Part shown: positions 39,548 to 53,834 of the stretch, in pieces | Layout: every line of letters starts with the position of its first letter | How positions within the stretch are numbered: the first letter of the stretch is position 1 | DNA from: Botryllus schlosseri | Lineage: Eukaryota | NCBI GenBank assembly: GCA_051294905.1 | Contig: CM119373.1 | Location: 1,800,001 to 1,864,000, forward strand | Length of the DNA: 64,000 nucleotides | Direction: 5' to 3' | The notes under the pieces: generated by a model | Database searches by the model: none | The model's input: the letters and a program-made list of their open reading frames with translations, nothing else | What the model was told of the DNA's origin: nothing | Made by a program: the position numbers and the translations under genes

Positions 39548-42380
39548 AATCGTCAGCAAATGGAGAATTTCAAAATCATGCATCTAGCTACATGCAACCA
39601 ATTATGACGTGTTAGAAACAAATAACATGAAATACAGGCAAACCGCGAGCGCAACTAGTGGCAAATTTTCAGATTGACTAGAAATTCCTTCTACTGACAC
39701 AAGCGCGGTCGGTGGATTTTAATATAAATCGATTCCAGTGCAGACAGATGGAAATGAGAGCGTGTGAGTGAATAGATTAATAAAATATTTATTAAAGTTC
39801 TGTACCTCAAAGAGTCTCTTTAATTTCCATATCGATATACAGTACTGGGACTGACACGATGATCAGAAGGTCGGCGATTCCGCTTATTGTTCATACACCA
39901 TGCAAATGACTTTTGCGTATACGCTTACTCGCCTTGTATTGTAACTGCCAGGGATGATCCCGAATTCTAACCGGTACACGTACGATCACGAAAGATGTCA
40001 CTTGGCGTCGTCATGATGATTTTTATAAAAATGTGAATAACTAAAAGGAAATGATGTCATCCACAAACACCATATACATACATGATGGCATTGAAAATAT
40101 GGTTTTAAAAAAAAAAACTTTCAAAATAATTGTTTTTGATTCTGAACATTTTAACTTCGCGGGCCGGTGAACCCTCAAAAATCTGGATTAATCGTTAATC
40201 TATAATTACAACATATGTATGCAACCAAAATGTAGTATGGGATATTTATAGGTGGTTCTATTGGACTTTCTGCAAGACGAAACTCACGATTGTGGCTGTT
40301 TAGGATTTATGATAGAAACGCGTCTCTGCTGTTTGCTATAACCTCTAATATTCTGCCAGAGGTCGAGATCTAGCGAATCTGTAATATGTATGTGTCATTA
40401 ATTTTGTAAGTTAAGGCGTGGATCGAAATGCGATTTACGGTAACATTTGAGTTGATATCTTATTCTTGAAGGTGACGAAGAAACATTCTTCATTGGCTTG
40501 CTCTAGCTTAGATTATAGTGCAAAACAAAACAAAATGACAAATTCGAGTTTTTGAGCGTATGTCTCATAGGTGGCTTGGTCATGTGACTTCGGACCCACC
40601 GGGTGGGGACCGATGATACGTTCGAGCAACAAATTTTGAACGTTAATAAATAGTTTTTGAAAAGGCGGATATTCATGTAAATGCCCACGATAGCTAGAGC
40701 TTTGGATCAAAGTGTTGATCAAGCAGAAGACCTGCTATTTTCGGCTGAAGATTTGAGGACCAGAGATAATTTTAAATTTTTGATCCATCGGTACCACATC
40801 GCCCCTACATGCTGGACGTTTAGCAGTCAACATTGTTATATCCAAAATCATGGAATTCAATCTATGATGGTATGATTTTATACCAAGTGCACATCCCTGC
40901 CGTCTGATAGGGACATTGCTCGTGGATCGGGCGTCGGCGAAGTGCTAAAATAATCCGACAATACCAAGTATGGGCATTATGATGTTGACCTCGGCCGTAC
41001 TTCAAACGGCAACTCACTAGTTTTACATCGTAAGGGAAAACCACGGAGTTAATCCTGATCCTATACAGTTGATGCCTATGTGATATGCGGTGTAGGAATA
41101 TAAATGTTTTAGGTTTATATTGCCTTTTTATTATTTGATTGATGCTTATTTTTCGCATTGTCTTGATTACTGATTTATTCTTCATTATACATACTGGGAA
41201 TTTCTTTCGCGCGAGCAGTCATTTTTTCTTCATAGGTTATTCGTCTCCAGCTTCCGAGTGGAGACGCCTACACCAAAAACCGACCGGTAATGGAACCAAG
41301 GGGACAAGCGTCTATTACAATAACACCAAATCAAGAAAATCCATAAAACGATGCAATGCAACAAAATCAGCAGCGTGGCGAACGCCAACGTAATCATAAA
41401 GAACGTTGCCTGTTGCAGTAAAAATCAATGCGCTACAGTAAATAATATTGCTGTACCAACATTTCACTACATCTCAAACTGCACCAACTTACTCATTACA
41501 TGTGTATTGATTTTCTTGTATGGAGCGATCGTTTCTCACAACCAATTATTCGCATGTGGTTATAACCGTATCATAAGAGTAGAGTCATGACTGTGAAAAA
41601 TGAATCATTTATTCATAATTTTTAAATTGAATAGTCGGCGGCATTCTTGCGGCAGAGCAGGAGTCATCAATTCGCCGCATGTGACCATAGTCATGTTATA
41701 TTCTGCGGCCGCGTTTGTTTTAGCCGTTAAAAACACGAGAACAAAGCATATTTAAATGCTGAGAATCATTGCATTTTTGTAACCGTGATAAAAATCACAA
41801 TATTATCATCTCATACGCTCATCTCCATAAGCAGTCTTCCCAATATTAACATGTCGGTAACAGCAGCGTGCTCTACATGGCAAATGTCTGATAGTAATAA
41901 GTTAGCGACGGTTTCACGTGACAACGGACCAGAAGCAAACAATGACCGAGCCACCAGCAACGTTGCCCGTGTACTTTTCTCTCATTGGGTGCTTCGTAGT
42001 GCATGAGTAATCCGAATCAAGTGTTAGACATCGAGTCGAGTGTCGGTCATCTCTGATTGGGACATCGAAACAGTGTCGATGACCTGGGAAGTTTGAATAT
42101 GTACTTTTTATGCGACTACAAAAATAATGCAAGGTATACATTACATTGAAGATAATTTCGCATTCGACCAGATCGATTTAATGGCGCTTCGAAACTATAA
42201 TTTCAATACACGGAAATATCGGTTTTTACTGCCTGACTCGAATCATGACTAGTGATACTTGATTCGGATTTGGGTAAACTCCAACAATTGTGCCCAACTC
42301 TAGTACTAGGTACTACTGAAGCTATTGCGTTTCTCTGTAAGACCCGTGTAGGCTAGTCCTCAATATGCTAAGTTCATTTA

Positions 42381-42575
42381 TTATTGTATACAAGAAGAGC
42401 GTGTTGGCATACGAATGGTAGTTATTTTAGGAATGTTTGAGTTTCTGTTTGCATTACGAGTGGTATGTCTATTCTCAGTGCTGATACATGTACAGTTTGT
42501 GGTTATAGTGTTAAGTTTGTGGATTTTATAGACACTTATAATTTCACCCATGTACCCAAGAAGTATTTTTGACAA
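42381..42575 (-). mobile_element. Decayed LINE ORF2 C-terminal fragment
   Basis: VYKIHKLN...RHTTRNANRNSNIPKITT resembles the HxYxTR...IPK motif of CR1/L2 ORF2 tails. Confidence 0.4.
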
Positions 42576-42613
42576 CGTATCATCATTTTTACCAAATCAA
42601 GCCATCGATATAC

Positions 42614-43619
42614 CAGGGGTGGGCAGCCCAAATCTCGCCTTCATCGACTTCTAAAAACGCGGCGCAATCATTGGTGCATCGCATGCTTTTTAGCCCGTAT
42701 CGTGGTCTCTGACACGGTGTTACTCCCCATTACATGTTGCAACACATTGGAAAATACAATAGGTCAGTTGTGAAAAAATTGGTTGAAAATCAGCTCACAA
42801 TTGACAATCATCAAGTTTTGCATCCTACTTTAATATAGTAAATCTCTTTGTTGTACATTCGTTCGGAGCTCATTCTGGTAGCGATTTGATGACAGGTTAA
42901 TAAACTGAAACCAGTGACAACTCCCAACCTACCAACGATCCTGCAGTATCGATACATGCATACCATAAATGTTTTAGCAATGGTAATTATCGACACGAGC
43001 TTCTTGACACAATGCACAGCAGAAGATCTGAGCATTCGGAATCAATTACAAAATTTTTCGCTGCACGAATATTTCCGGAAGTCACTCAATAATGCCCGGG
43101 CTTTTTGAACCTTGTCCGACTTCATGAGGAGAAATGTCCATTTTCGGAAAACAAATTCTAACTCTAAAAACTTCACCCATTTGTTCAAAAGTAGTTAATG
43201 AATTCAAATCAGAACGTAATCTATTACGCTCTCGCCAAAAGTTACGAATAAATCCTGTACATTGCTCATCTTCTTATGCCATGCGAAGTACAGTATTGTA
43301 GTATTTTCAAAGGAGATCTTTTCCCATGTCAACTTATATTTTAGTCGTGCACTTTAAAACCGCGGTAACAGTTTATTTCGCACCATTCGTAGCTGTGTGA
43401 CAATAGTGAGCGAAACGGTACACCAAGTAGGCATTTACATTGCTTTAGTTTAGGACAGTAGCATGAAGGCGTCTGAATATCGCCAATGTCATTATTTCCA
43501 GGGACATGTAAAATAATTCATTTCGATCAAATTATTTTATGCCTAAGAAATAATTTTGCCACGGAAACCAGTTTGATCAACTGGGAATGATACCTCGAAT
43601 GACGTGTTGCCCACCCCTG
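42614..43619. mobile_element. Old non-autonomous hAT element
   Basis: TIRs caggggtgggca / tgcccacccctg, TSD eroded (cgatatac/cgtcaaac). Confidence 0.65.
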
Positions 43620-44339
43620 CGTCAAACTAAAGGTGATCTCAACCCCGGCTGAATGAAAAATGTCTATTTTATTGTTTAGTTGTATGCGTATATTGATTGT
43701 AGATACCCTTAACCCCGTAGTAGTTGGACTTTATTTTGTTTCATGTAGAGCTGGGTGGAATCTTTTGTTGTCACCATTGATGGATAATTGGTTATATAAA
43801 TGTACAAGTGACAACTCTAGCCCCATGCCATTACTAAAGGTAGTTTCATGAACTAATCTGGGATCGAGTTTCAATCGTAGAATGGATAATACGCTCGATG
43901 TTAAGTAAGAGCATAAATCAAGACCTTGGCTTAGTTTGAACCAGAGAAGCGACAAAAATCACTTATTCTCGTTCTGTTGTCAAGTCCTTCAACATGCGTC
44001 ACGACCCTATTGTTCCGAAAGACGCCACTAACACTATTACTATATGTCCACGAAAGTGCGTTCGCACCAACTTTTATGACTTGACCGCAATTAATAGATT
44101 GGTTATTGTATTAGTCCTTTACGACATTGAATTTCCCAAATTTGTTTTATAGCGATACCCAGCTCTGCAGCTTTACTAATTTGTGTGTATTGGAAAATAA
44201 AGTGATACTAATTACCTTGCGACTTTCACATTTTGTCTTGCGTGTTTGAGAAGACTAGAATACCTAGAGATGATTAGAAATTTGGTTGCAAAAAATATCC
44301 ATGGTGAATAGTTTATCAATAATCCACGCCACTTTCTAT

Positions 44340-44420
44340 TATTTGGTGTGGCGACTCTGGCCAGGCCGGGAATTAAACCCACGACCGATCAATAGGGTTG
44401 GTCTACCATTACGCCATCTC
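44340..44420 (-). mobile_element. Isolated tRNA-like SINE head
   Basis: Reverse complement gagatggcgtaatggtag...gggtttaattcccggcc...cacaccaaa has A- and B-box-like motifs and no full cloverleaf. Confidence 0.5.
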
Positions 44421-44878
44421 GTGGATATCGTAGTACAAATCTCGATTAATTATTCATATTTCATTCATCGAAAAGACACATCCTGCAATTTCGATAGCAT
44501 CGCCCTCTGTGAAACTTCAAATTAACCCGAAAATAAATGTCACTCTTCTTGAATACTTTTCAAACCTTTTATTATCTACTTTCACTTGAAGGTTAAATTA
44601 GTAGAATTCTCACGAAAATCCCCCTCATACTTGAGTAGCAACTTAGACTACTTTGATTAAATCCAAATGTTAATTCTACACTTCAGCAATCTTTTGATGT
44701 CAAATTACTAATTTTGTCTTCGTAATATTGCCAAAGGAAAAGTGGTTATGGGATGAACTTCAACAACGTGTGGGAATGTCGAGAACATTGAAGTTGAAAG
44801 TTGAATTGGTGTGATAAAATAAAATTTCCCAATTTTATCTGATTTGAGTGCTTTCGTGGGCTTGGATACCCCAGTCAA

Positions 44879-45330
44879 GAGTGATGAGCATGGGACGGAC
44901 TCTAATAGGGTGCGGACCGGATTTTACACAGTTTTGAGATAGTCGGATCGGATTCAGTTTCTATTGGGGATTTTGTTTCGTATATTTTCGGATAGCTGTA
45001 ACTTGTGCTTCGGATAGTTTTGGGTAGTTCTGACGTGACTTCTGATTTCAAGTAAAAAAAAAATAACTCGTCTGATCGACAACCGACACTAAACACGTTA
45101 CGATAGGGCATGTAGCACTCTAAAGCTGTTCTGCCAACGGCCTATGCAAATACAAATCGGCTAACCCTAACCTTAGCCTTTGCAAAGACTACTCTGTTCA
45201 GATCTACATTTGAGATTTTTCGCAAAAGTAATTTGATTCGGATTATTCGGATTCTGGACGGATAGTCCGTCCGAGACTCGAGCAGTCGGACGGATTCGGA
45301 GTCTCTAAAATCAATATCCGTTGATCACTG
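44879..45330. mobile_element. Old hAT-like MITE with TCGGAT subterminal motifs
   Basis: Ends gagtgatgagc / gttgatcactg, many tcgga(t) repeats, eroded TSD ccagtcaa/tcgggcaa. Confidence 0.55.
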
Positions 45331-47547
45331 TCGGGCAATGAGCCTCTATTCTATTAACTTCCATCGACTACAAATTGAAGTTATGCCCACTTTCAAGCTC
45401 CTCCTTGGTTTATTCGTACCTGCTTCTGATTAAAATCGTCGCCCGAAGAGAGATATCGGCTGCTTTTCGAAAAACTGGTCCGGGGGTTAGTACCGGTGGG
45501 TGTGGGACGAGACTATCCGACATTTCCGCTCGGTGCCGACATTTCCGCTCGGTCGAACATACTATGTGTAGGCCAACATGCGATTGTGCAAAGTTTGCTG
45601 CCAAAGATAATGTCGCGGCGATAAAACCTTTCGAGGTAATTAAGTAGAAGTATATTAGAAGCAAGTTACAGATAACTAAACACAACAGTATTCCAGGCCT
45701 GGTTTTGCCTACACAACTAAAACCACCTAATAGAAGTAGTTTAAAATCAAAACCACTTGAGGGAGTACGTCGTTCCTGACCACCTCTGAAAACCTTGGCC
45801 GAAAATGACCGGAATATTCGATGTCGGTGTCCAGAGACGCCGCGATGGTCAAATTCGAACTGTCATGTCTTCGCCATCTGAGCCCAGCGGTATATATTCG
45901 ACCTGCAGAGAAAAATACCGCGCTCAGTGAAGAATGTAAATTTGGAGTGGCGTGTCGGATTTTAGATCGGTCGAGTACGTGTTAGCGATCACAATATTTT
46001 CCGCGAAACAACAACCTTCTTGTATAGTAACAAAGTAATTAATAACCACGAACCCTCCAAAAGCCCACGCGTTAGAACCTCATAAATAAATAATCCCAAC
46101 CGTGTGGCTCAGCTCCTCTCGCCATATGACTCAGGATAACAAATTTCTAGCAACATTTGAAAGTACCAACTTATGTGACTAATTTCAGTCGATTCCATTT
46201 AAAATTCCGCGACTTGAGCAGCTATAAAAGAAATGCTTGCTGATTTTTATAATATATTATAATATATATACAGAAGTATTTCGTTCGCCTACAGACCTTA
46301 TATACCATCTCGTTATTGAATCGTGGGATGACGCATTTGATTCGATAGTGGCGAAAGTATTATATGAACAAAAAAATGGCCACGGAAACATGACGGCAAA
46401 TTCTATACATTAGTGAGAAGAGACTTGGAAATATTTGACAAGTAATTTCCAGGAAAGTTAATAATAAACCAACGGACGTCTAACTGCCTGTGTCTTTTAG
46501 TGCCTTAAAACGGACTAAAATTCAGCAATACTTGATTGCTAATGAACAGTTTTGTTTAAAATATTAAATGCTTCAAAACTATTTCATCAAAACTGTCACT
46601 GTGTCAGGGAGAGAAATATAATGAGGATATATTGTAAGCCTGTCACATACGTTGGCCTATATATAGATTGTCCGATCAATGAATAACCCGAAAAGTCTCA
46701 TATTCGAAAAAAATGCCGAAGAAGCCGCATTCAAGTCACAGTCCAGCGGATATGAGCATGAATTGATTGGATTTGATCGTTTCGGTCGGATTTTGATAGG
46801 ATTTGCGATCATATTATAGCTGGAAGTTTCTTATACTTCTGAATGTTCATAGAACGTCAGAATAAATTTCTACCATCATTTTATTTGTACGTAGGGAATG
46901 ATTGGAATTGAGTGGGGATTTGGAATTCAATCTAAAAACCGAAGCAGGAAGTAGATTTAAAAAGAATAAATCTTCTGATCTCTGTTGTCCAAAGATAGCT
47001 TCAACTGACAAAGTAGTACATACGACTGAATTTTCAAAATTAACAGATAGAATTAGAACAACACTTACATTTGAAAAGTCGCTACTGCAATTAGATGTAC
47101 CGACCTTTAATAATCCGGCACTGAAACTCAACGAACTATAGATTCAATTACGAAGCAATTTATGAATTTGTATTATATCGGAATCTGATCGGGTTCTCTA
47201 CATCAATATCACCACAAACTTGAAATGTGATGGTCTTCCACAACCAAGATCCATGCCTAGCTACGCCATTGTTATAGATGATGACTCTGAGCTAGCAATG
47301 GCTACAGGACCATCACACATCAGAAGACTGCTATCACGATCCATACCAAACGATTGCAAGTATCCTCTATAGTTTTACTACAGAGGCACTAAACCTGTGA
47401 CATGTGAGTGAAGTGGTTTTTAGTGGCTGACGCGGGATTAATCGAAACATCCTATATTACCAAGAAATTAAAGGCCGACATAATATATCGGGAACAATCG
47501 GGTGCAATTTAGTAGCCCGGACAGGGACCAGGCTGTCTATTTACGGC

Positions 47548-48001
47548 CACAGTTGTAATGTCTCGACGCGAGTCACGATTTTCGGATGACTCGAGTCATT
47601 TTCTCAAAATACAGAAAAGACTCGACTCGAGTCAATTTGTATAATAACTCGACGCATTGCGCATGACTCGAATGATATTTCATTGCAATTTTGCAGAATA
47701 GTATAGTGACCATTGGGACTCTATCTATTGGTGCCGGTACTTGCAAATGCGACTAGAAATTGCTAAAAGCAGGGGAAATTAGTATATAATAAATGCGAAC
47801 CATTCGATATGACCAATGAGGTTATAGATGTGGGTCAAACAGGAATTCAACCGGGAACTGGACAGTTAACACAATGACTTGGACTCGAGTCATAATATCA
47901 TGACTCGGACTTGACTCGGTGTTCAATTGAAAATGACTCGACTTGACTCGAGAGTCAAAACTACAGAAGTGAGAGTGACGTGTGACTTGATTACAACTCT
48001 G
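47548..48001. mobile_element. GACTCGAGTC-rich hAT-like MITE
   Basis: TIRs cacagttgtaat / attacaactctg, perfect TSD tttacggc. Confidence 0.9.
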
Positions 48002-49079
48002 TTTACGGCGATCACGAAGCTCAGAAAGACAGACATCCTGGAATGCAAAGATAAACTCAAAAAAAATAGTCCGTATCCTGAAAAGACCTTCATTCAATCA
48101 TGTTTTTGTTACGAGCAATATAGTTTCGTTTTTCTACAAAGATATACATCGCGTTCCAACAAGATGTGCCAATAATACGATGGCAATATAGCGATGATAA
48201 GAAAAAACAGTAAAACGCATTTGATTTGCTCGACGAGCCTAAGTCAGAAACCTCTTTTCGATCAAAGTATTCTTTGTCAGATTATGCCGCGACAAATTGC
48301 TTCGTCTGAGCAACTAAAAATAATATATCAACCGCTAATTATTTCGAAATAAATTATAAGAAAATAACAGACGTGGACACAACGACTAGGTTTGGGTATA
48401 GACTAGATACCAATCGCAATTGGATATTTGAGCCGATACCGATAAAACCGACAACTAGCACCGTCAGCGAAAACCGCGATATATTGAGAAATACAAATTT
48501 CAAAAACTTGAGAGCTTATCTGAAACAGCTTTACAGCCAGCGCTATGATTAGATATCAAATAAACTAGAAATGCACATCTGAACACATGCAAGTCACGAG
48601 AAATAGATCAATATTACCAGTCTAGCAGATTAGAATGAACTGATTTCCTACTACCATTCTTTGATGTCACGAAAATGGCCGCCATTTTTTACTTTTAATG
48701 GCCCACACCTGTATATTGTGTTGTATCGACACGATATTATTGGCACAGGGCCAAGATGAAATGTCGGTAGAGCAGGCTTGGTTCGTTTCGCACGACACAC
48801 TTCTCCTGTAGCATTTTCGGGTCTAAAAGAAATTTGATTTGAAGTGAAATTAGAGTATAAAATAATTTCTAAAATAAGATTAGAATTAGATTACCGGAGT
48901 CTAGCAATATCAGTTAATTCTAGTTGTCAAAATCTGATCGCTCCATACGAAATCGCGAAAAGCTACGCACTTTACTACAGATGGCTAGTTTTCATGCCAA
49001 TTTTTACTGCAACTCTGATCAAAGGAGTTATTTAAAAAACATGCCATAAACTCAAATGATTTAATATTCTCTTTGATTT

Positions 49080-49715
49080 ACAATTGAACAGTATATTCAT
49101 ATTGAAATGAACCCGAATATTTTCGGCTGACACTCGTCAGGGGTAATCGTCAGAAACTAGTAGAGAATTGGAAATAGAATTGTATATCAACAATCGTATC
49201 ACAAAATATGACGTCACCAGCATGAAATTTCGTGAATGAGAGAGCGTTCAATGTACTATTTTTAGGTGGTACACGAACTCCTTTTGTTGACAGAGTTTTG
49301 GTTGGTGTATTTTGATAAAAGTCGACTCCAAGGCACACAAATGGAATTGTGAACGACCTCGCCCAACGATTCGAAATCGGTCGTCTCGATAATTATTCGC
49401 GCACATCGGATTATCTAACAAATGTTTGCCGACGGCAGAATTAATGGCCATTGATCGATCAGCATCAATCTTAAGCGGATGAGTTAAGGGTGAGCTTTTC
49501 ACTGAGCGTGATGCACGTGTTCTGGTGAATCTGGGGACATGTTGGTTTATGCGTTCCTGCAGACGTTTTGACGGTCTTCCTACGTAGCCACAATCACAGT
49601 GACACTTATATTCGTACACTACATTACTTTGTTGAAGTGCAGGGAGAACGTCTTTGCGTGTTGAAGGGAGCAGTTGTGTTGTTGTTAAAATCACATTGGT
49701 TTTGACTGTGGGTTT
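49080..49715 (-). mobile_element. 5'-truncated Penelope-like element (GIY-YIG with CxC insert, Naiad-like) with 3' pLTR-like segment
   Basis: ORF 49248-49742: KDVLPALQQSNVVYEYKCHCDCGYVGRPSKRLQERINQH...SAVGKHLLDNPMCA...HLCALESTFIKIHQPKLCQQKEF. Followed about 100 nt later by a hammerhead motif. Confidence 0.9.
49111..49144 (-). ncRNA. Minimal type I hammerhead ribozyme, intact core
   Basis: Reverse complement reads accc-CTGACGA-gtgtcagcc-GAAA-atat-TC-gggt. Helix I accc/gggt, palindromic helix III AATATT, cleavage triplet UUC. Confidence 0.8.
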
Positions 49716-52494
49716 GCTGCATCTCACTGTTATCTGTGACACAATGGCTTGTAAGCTCGAAGTTTAACTGACCCTGCCAAGCAGGACTGTGCCCGAAAAA
49801 CATGTAATTAGAGCTCTTTGTTAATTCTGTCTGTTAAATTAGAGACAGTTTCCCATTTCACGAACGACCGGGCAAGACCGCCGCAAATTACATTTCCACT
49901 TGGTCACATTTTACGGACTATTCATTATGTTAAATTCGCCAAGAGTGAGTTTTCCTGTAATGCCTTGGATCAAGCTCGCAGACCTAGGGGATTCGGCGTT
50001 TGATATTTGGCTTGTTTTAGGGGAAGGGGAGTGCTGGGATATCGCTATGATGTTTAACTTTTTGGGGAAAACTATTTCAAAATTGCGTCATTTTATTGCT
50101 GCGTACCGGGATAGAAATGTAATTTGAGGCGGTCCCGCCAGACCGGCCGTGAAATGGGAAAGTAACAAATTTGAAATATCTGCAACAAATGTCAGCGAAT
50201 TTCTGTCCGGTAGGATTCAAACCTAAAGAGCATAAAACTATATGCATGATCGTGAACGACTAAATAGCGAGAAAAGAAACGGAATAATTGTTATGTTCTT
50301 GATCTTGTTCGAACAATAACTCATACGACGAGATTGCAATATGAAATCACTATATTAACAGCAGAATAACTTTAAGACAGGCGAAACGATCCAGGGTTCA
50401 GTTAAACGAAGGACCAGTAAAATGACAGAAGACAGGGTATAAATACAACGCAAGACACACGAGGAAATAATGATTGACGCTAAATACTAGTCCTATACAA
50501 ATTAGAGTGAGCGATACCAACGTAAATACACGAACATAACATCAATCATACAACCTGCAAATCTTAAACTGTCAGGTATTGCAAGGGGACCTTCCGAGTA
50601 TCTCATACCCTAAAAATTTACCAAAAATTATGAATGCAACTTTTTATTACAACTTTTTGTAAAATTAGGTGTAACTATCTTTCGATTTTAGTGAATTTTC
50701 TGTGAAGTTGTGATCAAGCCATAGCACTGTCACAGAGTGCAATGAAATAGGCATGGCCGGAAAAATACAACTTTATTTTTATCATGATGTGGAACGCATA
50801 AAAAAATCATATTCGAACCTTCGACATCAACCGTATTGGTATAAAGTCATAATGAGTGATACTTGAATACCAAGCGTCGTTCCCGAGTCAGAATCGAATC
50901 ACTCGAGTCCTCGATTTTGACCAGCCTACTTACATATAGCGAATGATTTGAATAGACTGTGGGGGGAACACAACTTTACTACACAATTGAATAATATATT
51001 GATATTGAAATATACCCTAATATTTTCGGATGTCACGAGGTATTCCTATAAAGCAACTGCTAGCGAATTGGGCGGAACATTGTATATCAAGAATTGACTG
51101 ACTTCAAATCTACTCAGGTAAGTAAGTAATTTTGAAAACAGTCTTAATTCGTTCGCATGGACTGTCAAAAGTTGCAAATTGAGATATGCGAAAGGTGCAG
51201 AGAGCTTGATTCGTATTGATACATCCCAGGAGGTATCTATTTTCGACACAATAGGCATTCTTTCGCATCAGGGGATGCAAATTATAGTATTGATATGAAA
51301 ATGCGATACTAACCCTTTTTGTACTACAAAACCCCGTTTTAGAGAATATCATGGCATGGCGCCCTACCCCATATTATAAGGCTCCAAGTTTAGGCGAAGA
51401 GCATTACGGAGAAGCTGTATCGGATACGGTTTCAACACTTCGCGTGATTAGTATACGTTAATAACAAATATTGTGGATCGTAAAAGTTATATTTAAGTGT
51501 AGCTTTATTTTCGGAAAATAGAGGCATTACTACACTTATTTTTATGTTTCGACGTGTATGCTTTGCATACAAAAAAAAAACTGAAAGGAATTAGAACTCA
51601 AAGTATGATACTCGAACTTGAAAGTGAAATACAGATACAACTTCTAAAAAGCGAAATATATATGGTATGCCTTTTGTCTATACAGCTTTAAAGCTGACCT
51701 GCTAAAAGATGTGTAACGGTAAAAAAGCGGGATTTCCCAGATTAGCTGGGCACGTAATGGGCTGCTAGATTACAAAATGATAGGTAATTGCTAGATTGCA
51801 AAACGGTAGTTTCAAACGTTATGGTGGGCCAAATTTACCGTGATGAAATATTTGATAGGGGTGACAAGGCGGTGTGAGCGGAACCAAGCAATCCGGTACC
51901 TAAAATATATTCATTGATACTTTCGTGAAAACATATTTTTCACTACATAACTAACTACTGTGGTCGACACACAATAAAATTTCTGGGCTTTTACGTGACT
52001 TTTATAAATATTAAATGTTGGTACTCTGTGAAAACTGTCCCGAAATTACTCAGGCTATATTTCGTATTGGGGGACCAAGCTACTTCTATTTGACAAACAG
52101 AAAATAGCGAAAAGTAAGTAAGTAGATCACATAATAGTACGAAGTAGAAGTAGAGAAAATCAGATCTACTTGAGTAAGTATTACAAGTAAAGGATAACTA
52201 CTTTAGTACTTCTAAAAAGTAGAAGTACTTCGTTACTGACAACCTCTGATATCAACCATCGTATATCACCAATCTTACCACTCTAACAAGATAAGTTAAA
52301 ACAGCTGCCAGCAGGAAATTTTCAGAACCGTAATCGACGAACGAGAATAGCAACGACGAACGAATAGGATTACAGCAGACTCATTTGACATAGAAGAGGA
52401 TATCGGCAAAGGAATTTTCGTCTACTGCGTGAAACATCACAAATTTAACATGACTCTAATCAGACTTGTACAAACTACGGGATTTTCGAATTAA

Positions 52495-52965
52495 ACAACT
52501 ACAACTAGAACTATTCGTCTTATTTAAAACTTGCAACTAAAACTAGATCTGCTAACTTTCTAAAATGGGAAACTAGAACTAGTCACTTTTCAAGACTCTT
52601 AACTAGTCATGTTTTAAAACTAGGAACTAGAACCGGATCTACTCTCAATATGAAATTAGCAACTAGAACTAGAACTCTCGCTTCTTAAAATTCGCATCTA
52701 GAACTGGAACTATTAACTTTTTTGAACCAGCAACTAAACCTAAAATTGTTCTCTTTCCAAAACTCCTAACTAGAACTAGTCATGTTTTACAACTCTCATC
52801 TAGAACTAGAGCTACTCACTTTTTAAAACTTGCTGCTTGAACTAGAATTTCTCACTTTTCAAAACTCGCAACTAGAACAAAAACTACCCACTTTTACAAA
52901 TGCGCAACTAGAACTAAGAATACTAATTTTTTGAAACTTGCTACCAGAACTACATCCAGAATTAC
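52495..52965. repeat. Degenerate tandem array (units ~30-36 bp) built on ACTAGA (inverted relative at ~59365-59595)
   Basis: Recurring aactagaact...cacttttcaaaactcgc units. Confidence 0.8.
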
Positions 52966-53005
52966 TCGAAAAGCCAGTGGTTTAATGAACGCCAACTAAC
53001 TAGAT

Positions 53006-53671
53006 CAGGGGTGGCCAACCTTTTCCGCCAAAGGGCCACATTTCATTGACGAACAATTTCGCGAGTCAGTAGCCGCACGAATCGGGAACATTTATCGAAG
53101 TCTACAGGTCAATTATATTTTAGGTCTGCTGTATATAGCTGGGTACAGTTCGCAAGGACTGGACTATTCGGCGCCTGGACATATCGATATCGAAAGCTTT
53201 AACCAGCATGCGTCAATCATTTTGTGACTAGGTTTCATCGACGACGGTCTTTTTGCGAGCGCCAACGCAGGGCCGCATGATGGACGACACTTTCTGTCGA
53301 AATTGCGAATATATTTCGACTGACTTCTGGTACATCAGGCGTTCTTTCATTTTCAGGAAGGGGTAACAGTGACTACCCATTGCGGGAAGCGGGAAGAAAA
53401 TTTTTACTATGGATAAATCTACCGAAGAATAATCTGCTTGTAATGTAAGAAGATCGATCAAAAATGTGACTGGCTCATGGATCTGTCAATGCGTCGGAAC
53501 TGATATTTTTAGTCGGTACATCGCAAGTGTTGCGGATAGACCAATCAACTTTTTGGTTGGCCTTGCTAGTTCACAATCCGGGCAATCTATTTTTGATAAT
53601 ATTATTAATTTCGGAAATTACCTCACGCGCCGCTCGAAACCTTCTCGCGGGCCACGGGTTGGCCACCCCTG
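53006..53671. mobile_element. hAT MITE
   Basis: Perfect 15-bp TIR caggggtggccaacc, perfect TSD aactagat. Confidence 0.93.
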
Positions 53672-53834
53672 AACTAGATTGATAGTTTGTACGAATCTAG
53701 ATCGAATAATCAGACGAATATCTTACTGACGGCGATAAACACCTCTTCTGTAGAGTCTTGAAATTCAATTACCAGGATATTTTCCAGAAAGAGTTTTCTC
53801 CGACTCGATGGTCCAAATATTTAAGCCCCTGAAC

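Noticed and set aside
43731..43955. Possible GIY-YIG C-terminal remnant (LSLVHLYNQL)
   Set aside because: Too little motif support by eye.
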